Program-made: the position numbers and the translations under genes | Shown: positions 37,180 to 48,268 of the stretch, in pieces | Layout: every line of letters starts with the position of its first letter | How positions within the stretch are numbered: the first letter of the stretch is position 1 | NCBI GenBank assembly: GCA_029953675.1 | Contig: JAMWBK010000004.1 | Coordinates: forward strand, 558,001 to 622,000 | Direction of reading: 5' to 3' | DNA: 64,000 nt | From: Rhodosorus marinus CCMP1338 | Lineage: Eukaryota > Plantae > Rhodophyta | The notes under the pieces: model-generated | Database searches by the model: none | The model's input: the letters and a program-made list of their open reading frames with translations, nothing else | What the model was told of the DNA's origin: nothing

Positions 37180-37960
37180 GCTTCAGGCTATGCTAGTTTA
37201 CTAAAGTCCAGTTTACTAAAGTCCAGTCCAGTTTACTTGGGTTTGCCACAAGCTCCGTGGCACTCTAATCGGCCGTCTTTCTGTCAGGGATGTGAGAGTC
37301 GGATCGATGCTTGTGGTTACCATTTCTTAGGTTCATGCGGACTGTTGAGAGGTCTTCGTACGAGGCGTCACACTCGCTTCAAGTACATTCTCAGCGAATG
37401 TCTGACTCGAGTAGGGCATACGGTTGAGGTGGAATCGGAACTACCCAGATCGGTCTCGGATAGGGCACCGCCCCGCTATATCGGAGATCTCCTCGTCTCC
37501 GATGCTGCCGCCAGACGCTCAGCATATGTTGACCTCGCGATTACATGCCCCTGTGGCAAGCGCCCATCTGACGGCTGCCGCCCGCCGCCGGGGAGCAGCT
37601 GCTTCGGCCCTTCGCCGCGTGAAGGAACGACGGTATGCTGAGAGTATGGCCAGCCTGCCTCGCGCTGAGGGTCGCTCCCACCGGTTCCAGCCTTCGTTGT
37701 GGAAAGCTTTCATTGTGGAAAGCTTTGGTCACGTGGAGAAGTCGGGTTTGGAGTGGTTGCGGAAACGTTTCACTGAGCATCCTGTTGAATACTTGGAACT
37801 TTTGCGGCGCTTAAGTGTCTCTCTGTGGCGATATTCGAGCAGCATGCTTGCCGAGGCGCGCCATCGGTGCCTGGGTTTGCACGCTTCCCTGCCTAGTGCT
37901 TAGTTCCTTTTCACGGTTTGCGTAGCGCTGTAGGCTATGCTAATAAAACCAGTAAAGCCC
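37180..37960 (+). mobile_element. Short family A 3' end plus tail, followed by a 5'-truncated A2 LINE plus tail
   Basis: GCTTCAGGCTATGCTAG + TAAAGTCCAG repeats (37180-37235), then RLE-coding fragment 37236-37940 and tail TAATAAAACCAGTAAAGCCC. Confidence 0.92.
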
Positions 37961-38129
37961 AGAATACCGCCAGAGAGCGACACTTAAATGGCAGAGGAGC
38001 GGCAGATATTCTCAGAATGTTGGGAAACAAAATTTACGCAGCCATTCCAAGTTTGGCTTTTCCAGATGCTCAAAGGTCTCCACAATGAAAGACTGGAACC
38101 TGTGAGGCCGGCCCTCTTCACAGGGAACC

Positions 38130-39350
38130 GCCCGTGGTTTATTCCTGGAGCTCTAATCGGCGATATCATCCTGTACCGGCCTTCTTGCCGACCTCCGCAC
38201 CAACACCTGGCTCGCTGGCGAGCCGTTTTTGCGCGTGCTCGAGGCTCAGCGACCTGAACAGCTCCGGTCCTGCGCCTGCCGTGCTTGATCCTTTGGTGGC
38301 TGAGGAAACAGAGGTCATTCGCGATCCTCCTGATGATGGATAGGGCTCTAGGAGTCCCGTCACCGCACGCACGGGCGCGTTGAAAAACACATTTGTTTAC
38401 GACTTGCACCGTGCTCCTTGTGGCCTACTTCTGGCGCAAATTGTCTCTCTTCCCCGCGCCCACCTCCCTTGCGAAGTCTTGAGCTCTACTTCAATGGCTC
38501 ACCACAGTTATAAATTTTTCGCCCCACACGCTCACGGGTTTTGAAGTGCGCACTACTCTGCGCTTCTTTTTTTTCGCTAGATTGGATTGGTCGTATCCAC
38601 ACATTTGAATGCCCAAGTAGCCGTGAACTTCGGCCTATCGCAGGGCAAGCCGGTCTTGAAATTGAACGTGAGAAGCCCCTGCCTGTCTCAGATTACCAAA
38701 ATGATGAACGCCGCGTGGCAGACCTCGTGGTCACCTGTGACGATCGCCGCCGTACGAGGTACGTTCATTTTGCTGTTCCTAATCCTCAGGCAAGTCGTCA
38801 TTAAGGGCAGTGGGAGAGCGGAAGGGATTTGCCGCTGCCAGTATGCGACATTGCAAAGAGTTGAAGTATGCGGGGGCTTTGGCTTCCCCGGGCATTCGTG
38901 ATTCGGCTCTAGCTCATCGCCTGGTACCTTTGGTCATTGAGTGCGTTGGGTTTGCGGAAACCGCTGGTTCTCGATGGCTTCGGGAATTGTCCGGCGAATG
39001 TCCTGACCATCTGTCCTCGTTGCTTACCCGTTCAAGTTTCTTGCCGTGGCGTATGAACGCTGCTGTGATGTTGGAGGCGCGCGATCTTCGCCGCGCTTAG
39101 TCTTTGCTTTTCCCCTCGGGGCTTTTCTTTCAGTCTCTGATTATACACTTTCATTCAGTAGTGGTGGTGGTTTTACTAACGTAGCCTGATGCTGTGAACA
39201 ACGAGTAGTAGTCCTCGTTGTTCACTGGTTTAAGTTTCTTGCTGTGGCGTTTGAACGCTGCTTTGATGTTGGGGGGCGCGACGATCACCACGCAAAGTCT
39301 ATTTTTCCCCTCGGCTTTTTTTCTTTCAGTCTGGATCAAACAAAGTCATT
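38130..39350 (+). mobile_element. Degraded family B fragments
   Basis: ELRPIAGQAGLEIEREKPLPVSDYQNDERRVADLVV; KELKYAGALASPG...EARDLRRA*; a second 3' end at ~39200-39350. Confidence 0.85.
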
Positions 39351-39545
39351 CAACAGTATCCCGCTGGGCCAAGGTCTTTCAATTCATAAAGCTGTCGGAT
39401 ATCCTTCGTCGTGAGAACTTTAGCCCCTACGCCAGCTTGCAGGAGATCATCAGCAAAAAAGATCACCTCCATTTCAGGTTGAAGTCTGCCCCGTCGCTCG
39501 CTGGTATGGTTGTGGAGCAAAAGTAGTGGAAAATGGGGGATCAAT
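39340..39545 (-). mobile_element. Copia RT fragment (inverted part of unit 3), followed by X N-terminal repeats to ~39950
   Basis: VIFFADDLLQAG...YELKDLGPA. Confidence 0.75.
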
Positions 39546-39997
39546 TTGTAGCTTGAGTCAAACAATTCATGCGTGTCTTACAATCCTTCTATTCCTGCCT
39601 ATGCCTTCCAAAGCATGGATTTACTTTGTCACGAACCTATCACTTAGGTGCGTTCAGAGCTAGACAAACCGAAGAGGAGCATGGGGCGAAGCGCGCAGGT
39701 TGGAATTTAATCCGAGATTAGGTAAGTGCAGTTAAAGGTTGACAGACGGTCGAGTAAAGCCATCATTAAGAAGGCAATGATCATCATCAAGGGTGCTTTA
39801 GTGGTTATCAATGGCCCAGATCTGTTTTGCGTTTCCTGCAAACTGTCGATGATAGCCTGAGTAGTAAAGTCCAGTGAAACAGAAGAGCACGATTTGCCTG
39901 CTGCAATCTAATCCTAGGCTAAATACGTACAGTTATAACGTGTTAGACGGTCTTATATAAAGACTATGCTAATAAAACCATACCTTCCCAGATCCTT

Positions 39998-40060
39998 CCT
40001 GCGGAAGGATCATTCACAAAAAGAGTCGAAGAGCCTGGAAGGGTTTTCTTCGACACATCC
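39998..40060 (+). rRNA. Fragment: 18S rRNA 3' terminus plus putative ITS1 start, captured at a LINE 5' junction (not an rRNA gene)
   Basis: Exact CCTGCGGAAGGATCATT (39998-40014) followed by a stem-loop GTCGAAGA...TCTTCGAC. Confidence 0.7.
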
Positions 40061-40936
40061 GGCCAACACAGTGCCGCTCACACAGTCATGCTCAATTCAA
40101 TTCTCACGCCGCCTACCACTGCCGCTCGTCTCCGCGGCATGGGAGGCCACCTCTCGCACTTGTGGTTAACCACTCTACCGTCGTCATTGAGTCATCGTCT
40201 CGATGCTTTCCAGTTCCGTTCTGCCGCACGGATCTATCTCGGTTTGCCACAGGCTCCGTGGCACTCTAATCGGCCGTCTTTCTGTCAGGGATGTGAGAGC
40301 CGGATTGACGCTTGTGGCTACCACTTCCTGGGTTCCTGCGGACTGTTGCGAGGTCTCCGTACGAGGCGTCACACTCGCCTCAAGTACATCCTCAGCGAAT
40401 CTTTGACTCGGATAGGGCATACGGTTGAGGTTGAGTCGGAACTGCCCAGATCCATCTCGGACTCTGCACCGCCCCGTTGTATAGCCGATCTCCTCGTCTC
40501 CGACGCTGCTGCCAGACGCTCAACATATGTGGACCTTGCGATTACCTGCCCCGTGGCCAGCGCCCACCTCACCGCAGCCGCCCGCCGCCGGGGGGCCGCG
40601 GCTTCAGCCCTTCGAAGAGTTAAGGAACGACGGTATGCTGAGAGCATGGCCGGTCTGCCTTGCGCTGAGGGTCGCTCTCACCGGTTCCAGCCATTCATTG
40701 TGGAAAGCTTTGGTCACGTCGATAAGTCGGGTTTAGAGTGGTTGCGGAAATGTTTTGCTGAGCATCCTACTGAATATTTGGCGCTCTTGAGGCGTTTAAG
40801 TGTCTCCCTTTGGCGATATTCCAGCGACATGCTTTCCGAGGCGCGCCATCGGCGCCTGGGGTTGCATGCTTCCCTCCCTAGTTATTAGTTCATCTTCACG
40901 CCTTGCGTAGCGCTTCAGGCTATGCTAGTAAAGTCC
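40061..40936 (+). mobile_element. 5'-truncated family A1 LINE (right arm of the inversion)
   Basis: ORF 40088-40888 essentially identical to the 33.4-34.2 kb copy. Confidence 0.95.
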
Positions 40937-43900
40937 AGTTGGATACGGGAGCTACGTACTGCATTGTTATCAGAGGCATTTGATAGTTGAATGTTTATCC
41001 GGAGGTTTTGCTAGCTATGGGGCGTGTCTTTCGAGAGCGCTTTTTTGTGGAAAAGATGTTGCCGAGACGTTTTGGTGTGTTTGGTTTGGTCTTATTTTTG
41101 TTAACTGGTTTCCAGATGCGCCCAAGTCGTTTGAAACGAGGACAGTCCGGGTTTTGTTCATCCGAACTACTCGGAAGGCTGGGATGACCGATGAATTTGT
41201 AGCTCGCGAGGGACGGCTTGCTTCTACGAAGAGCTATACGCATTTACAAAATATTTCCACAATACACACGAGAAAGGGAACATACGAGGTGAAGACCTCT
41301 GTCGCTCCCATTGAGGAAGCTCCGAGTTTGAGTAACTATGAACTGAAATTTCAGACACTCGTATGTTTGTGTATAGCCCAGTCCGGCTCTGAACTAGTCA
41401 ATGTCGTAACCGAAGTCGTTTGCTGGGCAGCTATCTACTGCATCGTACTAAGACCACCACTGCATCGTATCGCAACACGAGGTTTCTGCGTCTATCCAGG
41501 GAAGGTATGTTGCGTATTAAGCACTGTTGGCAGTTTGTCGGTTGTCACATTGTTTGGTGGTTGGAGAGTTTGCTACTTTTGCCTTTGAAGGTTCTCTAGA
41601 ATTTGGTTCCAATGGCCAGCATAAAATAAAAGAAGGAGGACAAATATTCTCTTATGATATGAGGGGTAGGACGAAATTGCCGCATGAAATTCATGTTCAA
41701 GGTCTCTTCCTCGCGCGTTCGAATGATAAAATTTGGTGTATCAGTTGACCGCGTTGACTCGTTGAATTTTGGCGTTATCGAAGGCGCTCCAAAGCCCTTG
41801 CTCTCCTCTTGTAGAGAGTATATTTCTCCGTGAAATGCTTGTATTTCTTTTAGGGCTTAGCTATTGAATGACCAACGGCATCAGTGACGACATTCTTGTC
41901 CACAACCAGCTCAGTTCAAGCGGCATGGGGTTGGAAGGTTTAGTCCGAGATGGGCGGTCTGAGGAGATTCAAATATTGTTGCCATTACCCAGATGTGAGT
42001 TTCAGACAAACCTGGATCGTGGAAATGAGCAATTCAATGCCGTTCAATGCCACAATTTCCTGGCATCTATCGACGCCATACCGAGCTCTTTCACCTCTCC
42101 ACAATAGCTAAAAGTCTACAACAAACGCAGAAAAAAACTCCTTAGTTAATATCCCTTGCCCTAGAAGTGCAGGAATCGGATACGTTCGTATTCACCGAGC
42201 ATCGATTTCTCTGGTTTTTGATAGCATAGCCTGAAGCGCTACGCAGCGTATGGACTGTAACTAAGAGCTCGGGAGAGAAACATGCAAACCCAAGCGCCGA
42301 TGGCGCCATCAGCAAGCATGCTGCTAGAACATCGCGACAACGCGACACTGAAACGGCGTAAGAGTTCCAAGTATTCCATACGATGCTCAGCAAAACATTT
42401 CCTTCACCTCCTGCACGACTCCCCCGAAAATAGTTTTCCCCACATCGTCCCACAATCCTCTCCCCGAAATTTCTACCTTTCATAGCAGTACACTCCGCAC
42501 CTGAACGCAAAATGGCTATCTCGACGGAGAACCAAAGCACCGCCCTCCGCGAGAAAAAAAAGAAAAACAAGGGCGGCGGCTCCATCACCACCGAGCTAGT
42601 CAACTTCTAGTAGCAACTGCTAGTAAAGTGAAGGGTTCGAACACCACGGCGTCGGATTGGGGACTGACAACTTTGTCCAAGCATCCTGCGAGCGAGTTTT
42701 GGCACGGCACAAGCAACTCACCGACGCCATTGAGCACCTACCAGACAGCATGCTGCAATCGGCCTGCTTGCTTTCCCGCTTTTGTGCCGGTCCCAGACTC
42801 AACTACTGGTTGCGCAGCCTGCCTCCGGCTTGGGGCTCGTGGATCGCGGCTAAAGCCGACGAAATGACCCTGCAACACTGGGGAACGCTCTTGGATGAGC
42901 CCCTCGATCTTGAAGCTGCTCCCGACAGGGACTTTATCCGTGCACAGATCGCTCTACCGTTGCGATTAGGGGGATTCGGCGTCGCAGACCGTGGGCTGGT
43001 ATGCTCGCCAGCGGCGGTTGCCTCCTGGGCTACCGCGCTGCGAACGTTGGTGACCTTCCAGATGCGAAGTGCCTGCCTCTTGGCTCGAGCTTTGACCAAC
43101 GAGGATCCAGTGACCCTGCCGCCCCCGCTTTTGACAATTTATGATGGTCTTCAACACGCGTTCAGGAGGTGCAACGCCGTGCCGGACGCAAATCGGTCCC
43201 GCTTTCGTTCCTGGAGGGAGCTGTTATGGGGACGAGCTGAAGCGATTGAGGATTGTCCCCTCGACCGAGTTCTTGCCGATGACGGAGAGGCTAGCCCCCG
43301 GTCCCCTATTGCAGACTACCCGGGTTTGAGCCGATTGTGGAGCTCCCGCACTGATGTGATTCAACATAGCCTCACCTGGGGCCAACACAGTGCCGCTCAC
43401 ACAGTCATGCTCAATTCTCCTCTCACGCCGCCTACCACTGCCGCTCGTCTCCGCGGCATGGGAGGCCACCTCTCGCACTTGTGGTTAACCACTCTACCGT
43501 CGTCATTGAGTCATCGTCTCGATGCTTTCCAGTTCCGTTCTGCCGCACGGATCTATCTCGGTTTGCCACAGGCTCCGTGGCACTCTAATCGGCCGTCTTT
43601 TTGTCAGGGATGTGAGAGCCGGATTGATGCTTGTGGCTACCACTTCCTGGGTTCCTGCGGACTGTTGCGAGGTCTCCGTACGAGGCGTCACACTCGCCTC
43701 AAGTACATCCTCAGCGAATCTTTGACTCGGATAGGGCATACGGTTGAGGTTGAGTCGGAACTGCCCAGATCAATCTCGGACTCTGCACCGCCCCGTTGTA
43801 TAGCCGATCTCCTCGTCTCCGACGCTGCTGCCAGACGCTCAACATATGTGGACCTTGCGATTACCTGCCCCGTGGCCAGCGCCCACCTCACCGCAGCCGC

Positions 43901-45700
43901 CCGCCGCCGGGGGGCCGCGGCTTCAGCCCTTCGAAGAGTTAAGGAACGACGGTATGCTGAGAGCATGGCCGGTCTGCCTTGCGCTGAGGGTCGCTCTCAC
44001 CGGTTCCAGCCATTCATTGTGGAAAGCTTTGGTCACGTGGATAAGTCGGGTTTAGAGTGGTTGCGGAAATGTTTTGCTGAGCATCCTACTGAATATTTGG
44101 CGCTCTTGAGGCGTTTAAGTGTCTCTCTTTGGCGATATTCCAGCGACATGCTTTCCGAGGCGCGCCATCGGCGCCTGGGGTTGCATACTTCCCTCCCTAG
44201 TTATTAGTTCATCTTCACGCCTTGCGTAGCGCTTCAGGCTATGCTAGTAAAGTCCAGTAAAGTCCAGTAAAGTCCAGTCAACTTCGAGACACTGTAAAAA
44301 TGATCTGAATTCGGACGATTTTTAAAGGGGTTTTTGGGAGCTTTTTGTGTTAACATTATGGAGTTCCAACACTTTGCACAACAGTTGGACGTTTAGCGAA
44401 TCATTGATCCTCATTAATGACCACGTTTCATGTTTGCAGAAACTCTTAAGAATGTTTACAACGACTTTAGAGATGTGTTGAGGGACTAGTGAGTCCTGCG
44501 AAAGTCGATTGGTTAGTTGGGTATCTGCTTTCCACTCTGACTGGCTACGGAACCTTTACGTATTCCCTTTTGCGAGGCATTTTCTTGTTTTTCTCGAAGA
44601 AGTGAGAAGAATTGATAGCTAGTCTTCAGGGAGTGAATCAGGTGCTTCGATGGGTTTCTTATTATTTGCCCATTCACTGAGTTTAACTTTGGGCTTCCGT
44701 GATGGAAGCGTATGTCTAAGCGGTATTGATTTCACGCGCGGAGCTGAGAAATATGACCCTTCAATTATCAACGGTTTCTGATTCTCCCCCGTACTTTTTT
44801 GCCCGTAGCGAATTTTCGAAACCGTGAATAAGAAAAACCTTGTCCACTGTTGGTCGTGATTCTCTACCTCTCTCTGGTCAGAATTGCTTGATGCCCGGTT
44901 ACGTATTAGGAGATTATCCGCTGAGGGCTCGCACGCGGATTTCAAAACAAAATTTCAGTTGTTCGTCTATGTTTGAGCAGCGGCATCCCTCTTATTCCCG
45001 TTGCAGACCTGCGGCCTGTGTTACCACATGGAAAACTTGAAACATTTTTTTAAATCTTGCTCAAAACTTGAAGAGCGGCAAATTCCCACTATATCCCTGG
45101 TCGTCGGAGTCTGGCCAGTTTACCCTCGACTGTTCCGAAATGAATGAATTCGTTTAGGGAACGTAAGACAGATCCAGGGCACTTCTGATGAGATTTGCCA
45201 TTTTATTCGAGCGTCTATCGTGTAAACTGAGATTACTTATTCCTGAGATTAAGATCTAAGCTGCAAGAGCCCCTTTTACCTTCTACTGGAGTACAGTCAG
45301 GTTGTCCCCGACTGTTGTTGGAAACTTAAGCCAGATCCAGTGCATTGTTGATGAGCTTTTTCTCTTTTTACTGCCGTGTACCACGTTTAAACTGAACTTG
45401 TTTAATCTAGGATTAGACTCCAACCCGCAAATCGCCCTCTTCCGTTTCACCGGAGTACACTCAGGTTATCCTCAACTGTTGTAGATCTGTGGGGTTCATA
45501 AGCCCCAAACCACCATTGATGATGATCGCTGCCTCTTTATTAACTGTCTATCACTCTTTCACTGCACTTGTTTGATCTAGGATTAAATTCCAAACTGCAA
45601 ACTTGGATGATTCTACTTCGGTTTGTACACCTCGGAAAGTCCCTAAGTGATAGGCTCGTACAAAGTAAATCCATGCCATTGAACGCATAGCACGAATGTA
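40937..45700 (-). pseudogene. ORF 'X', unit 4 (continues from 34732-35200 across the inversion; interrupted by family A at ~42211-42405 and 42608-44275)
   Basis: Collinear with units 1 and 3; ~165-bp repeats at 45.1-45.6 kb. Confidence 0.6.
42608..44275 (+). mobile_element. Longest family A1 copy (RT C-terminus + zinc knuckle + RLE), 5'-truncated, with 10-bp TSD
   Basis: EGFEHHGVGLGTDNFV, LPLRLGGFGV, CQGC..H..SC..RRH, RLE motifs; TSD AGTCAACTTC at 42598-42607 and 44276-44285; tail (AGTAAAGTCC)3. Confidence 0.96.
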
Positions 45701-45869
45701 AGCATTGTAAGACGTGAATTAACAGGCTGATTCAACAATGTATCCGACTCAAGCTGCTGCAAGTGGATCGTTTCTCACTACTTTTCCTCCACAACCTTAT
45801 CATCGAGCCACCATAGGCTTCAACCTGAAAAACCCTTTCAGTCGCCGATTAAACCAGTTCATTCAACCT

Positions 45870-46480
45870 GAGAAGCATGTAGATTCCAAGACATGGATCG
45901 AGATCACTGTGCTCATGCCGGACGAGGATGAACTCCTCTGGTTTATGTTGATGATATCCTGCTAGCTGGTGAGAGGCTGAAGTTCTCACGACGAAGAAGG
46001 ATATTCGACAGATTTATGAATTGAAAGACCTTGGCCCAGCGCCATACCACTTTGGCATTCAATTGGGCCGTGACGACCATCAAAAACGGATTCGCGTACA
46101 TCAAGAACTATACGTGGAGAAGGTACTGAAGCGTATGATCACTGCAAACTTCAAGCCGGTAGATACCCCGATCATCAAGGAGGAGAAGCGGGTCTTACAA
46201 ACGAAGCTTCTGAAATAGCTTTAGGGAAAGATGTTAGTAAACGACCACCAGAGAAGACTGCGTCAATTGAGGACGCTTTATGGGGAAAAGATGTCCCACA
46301 ACTTTGTTCATGGCAGTTTTTTGCGTCCATTGTTTGACCTTCTTCAAGTGGAGATTCCAACAAGCGGTCAATGCTCCAAGCCTCTAAATTTGTCTCCAAA
46401 ACATGGCACGGCAGAATCATCACCAGTCAGGCGAGAAATCGCAGTCCAAAATGGGATTCTGCTTCCCTTTATCCAAACTG
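45870..46480 (+). mobile_element. Degenerate Ty1/Copia RT and RNase H start
   Basis: LVYVDDILLAG; KDLGPAPYHFGIQ...QELYVEKVLKR...KPVDTP; EKSQSKMGFCF. Confidence 0.85.
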
Positions 46481-47780
46481 CCTTATCTGGGGCTTATCTG
46501 GGGCTTTACTGGGCTCTACTGGGCTTTCCTACATAGCCTGAAGCGCTACGCAAGGCGTGAAAAGGAACTAAGAACTAGGCAGGGAAGCGTGCAAACCCAG
46601 ATGCCGATGGCGCGCCTCGGCAAGCATGCTACTCGAATATCGCCACAGAGAGACACTTAAACGCCGAAAAAGTTCCAAGTGGTTCTACTGGGCTTTACTG
46701 GGCTTTCCTGGGCTTTAATGGGCTTTAATGGGCTGGACTGGACTGGACTGAAGCGCTACGAAAGGCGTGTAAAGGAACTAAGAACTAGGGAGGGAAGTGT
46801 GCAAACCCAGGCGCCGGTGGCGCGCCTCGGCAAGCATGCTGCTAGAATATCGCCGCAGGGCGTTACTCAAACGCCGTAAAAGCGCCAAGTACTCCGTAGG
46901 ATGCTCAGAGAAACATTTCCGCAACCACTCTAAACTCGACTTATCCACATGACCAAAGCTTTCCACAATGAAAGGCTGGAACCGGCGGGAGCGACCCTCG
47001 GCGTAGGGCAGATTGGCCATGCTCTCAGCGTACCGTCGTTCCTTCACTCGTCGAAGAGCCGAAGCGGCTGCCCCTCGGCGGCGGGCGGCAGCCGTGAGGT
47101 GGCCGCTCGCCACAGGGCATGTAATCGCGAGGTCAACATATGCTGAGCGTCGGGCGGCAGGGTCTGATACAAGAAGATCTGCGATACAGCGGACCGGCGC
47201 CGTGTCCGAGACCGATCTGGGTAGTTCCGATTCCACCTCAGCCGTATGCCCTACCCGAGTTAAACATTCGCTTCGGATGTGCTTGAGACGAGTGTGGCCC
47301 CTCGTGCGGAGACCTCGCAACGGTCCGCGTGAACCCAAAAAGTCGTAGCCACAAGCGTCAATCCGGCTCTCACATCCCTGGCAGAAAGACAGCCGATTAG
47401 AGTGCCACGGGGCTTGTGGCAAACCTAAGTAGATCCTTGCGGCGGAGCGGAACTGGAAGGGATCGAGACGGTGACCCGGCGCCGAAGGCAGAGGGGTTAA
47501 CCACAGGTGCGAGAGATGGCCTCCCATGCCGCGAAGGCGAGCGGCGGTGGTAGGCGGTGAAAGTCCAGTGTGAGGAGAGAGTTGAGCAAGATTGCGTGAG
47601 CGGCACTGTGTTAGCCACAGGTGAGGCTATGTTGAATAACATCAGTGCCGGAGCTCCACAATCGGCTCAGATCTGGGTAATCTGCAGCAGGTGACCCGGG
47701 GCTAGCTTCTCCCTCATCGGCAAGAACTCTGTCAATGCGTGAGTCCTCAATCGCGTCAGTTCAAAGGACTGACGCGATTG
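46480..47780 (-). mobile_element. Two head-to-tail family A3 fragments, each with (CTGGGCTTTA)-type tails
   Basis: 3' ends at ~46530 and ~46750; ORF 46778-47527 with RLE motifs. Confidence 0.92.
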
Positions 47781-48039
47781 CACCAACGCAATGTGAATAA
47801 AATCACATTGCGTTGGTCCAATGCGCAGTGAAACTCTCGAAGTTCTTGATATACACGGTTTAGTCATGGGGAGGTTCACGTTGGTGTCAGAAGCGGGACC
47901 TACTTCAGGGCCGCGTCGTTTGGTTTCTAGCCTCCTGTCTGACCGCCTGTCCGGACGCCTGTCTGGACCCGCTGGAGCTGCAGTGGCTGGGCCTCTAATG
48001 ACGGTGGCTATGTGCGTCCCCCGTCATTGACCGGGTGGT

Positions 48040-48232
48040 ATCTGTCGGGGCCGGGATAGGGTGAGATCTACCTACGTCTGTGTACTGTCGTTGCTCGGCT
48101 GCCGGTGATTGGGCCTCTACCGCCCTTGGCCTGGTCGTGCCTGTCGGGGTTGGGATAGGGTGAGATCCACCCATGCCTACGTCTCTCGTTGACTGGGCGT
48201 CTGCTGGCGGTGACTGGGCCTCCACCGTTGGT
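48040..48232. repeat. ~100-bp diverged direct repeat pair
   Basis: GTCGGGG..GGGATAGGGTGAGATC...GGTGA.TGGGCCTC.ACCG occurs twice. Confidence 0.65.
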
Positions 48233-48268
48233 CGAGCCTTGTTTGTCGTCTCCGGATGATGTCAGCTC

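Larger units (their letters stand above)
36945..38130 (-). mobile_element. Older family A 3' fragment split by the U6-LINE insertion
   Basis: Sequence continues across the TSD AGAATACCGC (37063-37072 and 37961-37970). Confidence 0.75.

Noticed and set aside
42630-42656. GGTTCGAA tRNA T-loop-like motif
   Set aside because: In frame it encodes EGFEHHGVG, the RT motif of the element
47790-47850. Weak resemblance to 5.8S rRNA (AATGTGAAT, CAGTGAA..TCGAA)
   Set aside because: Matches are short, gapped and out of register
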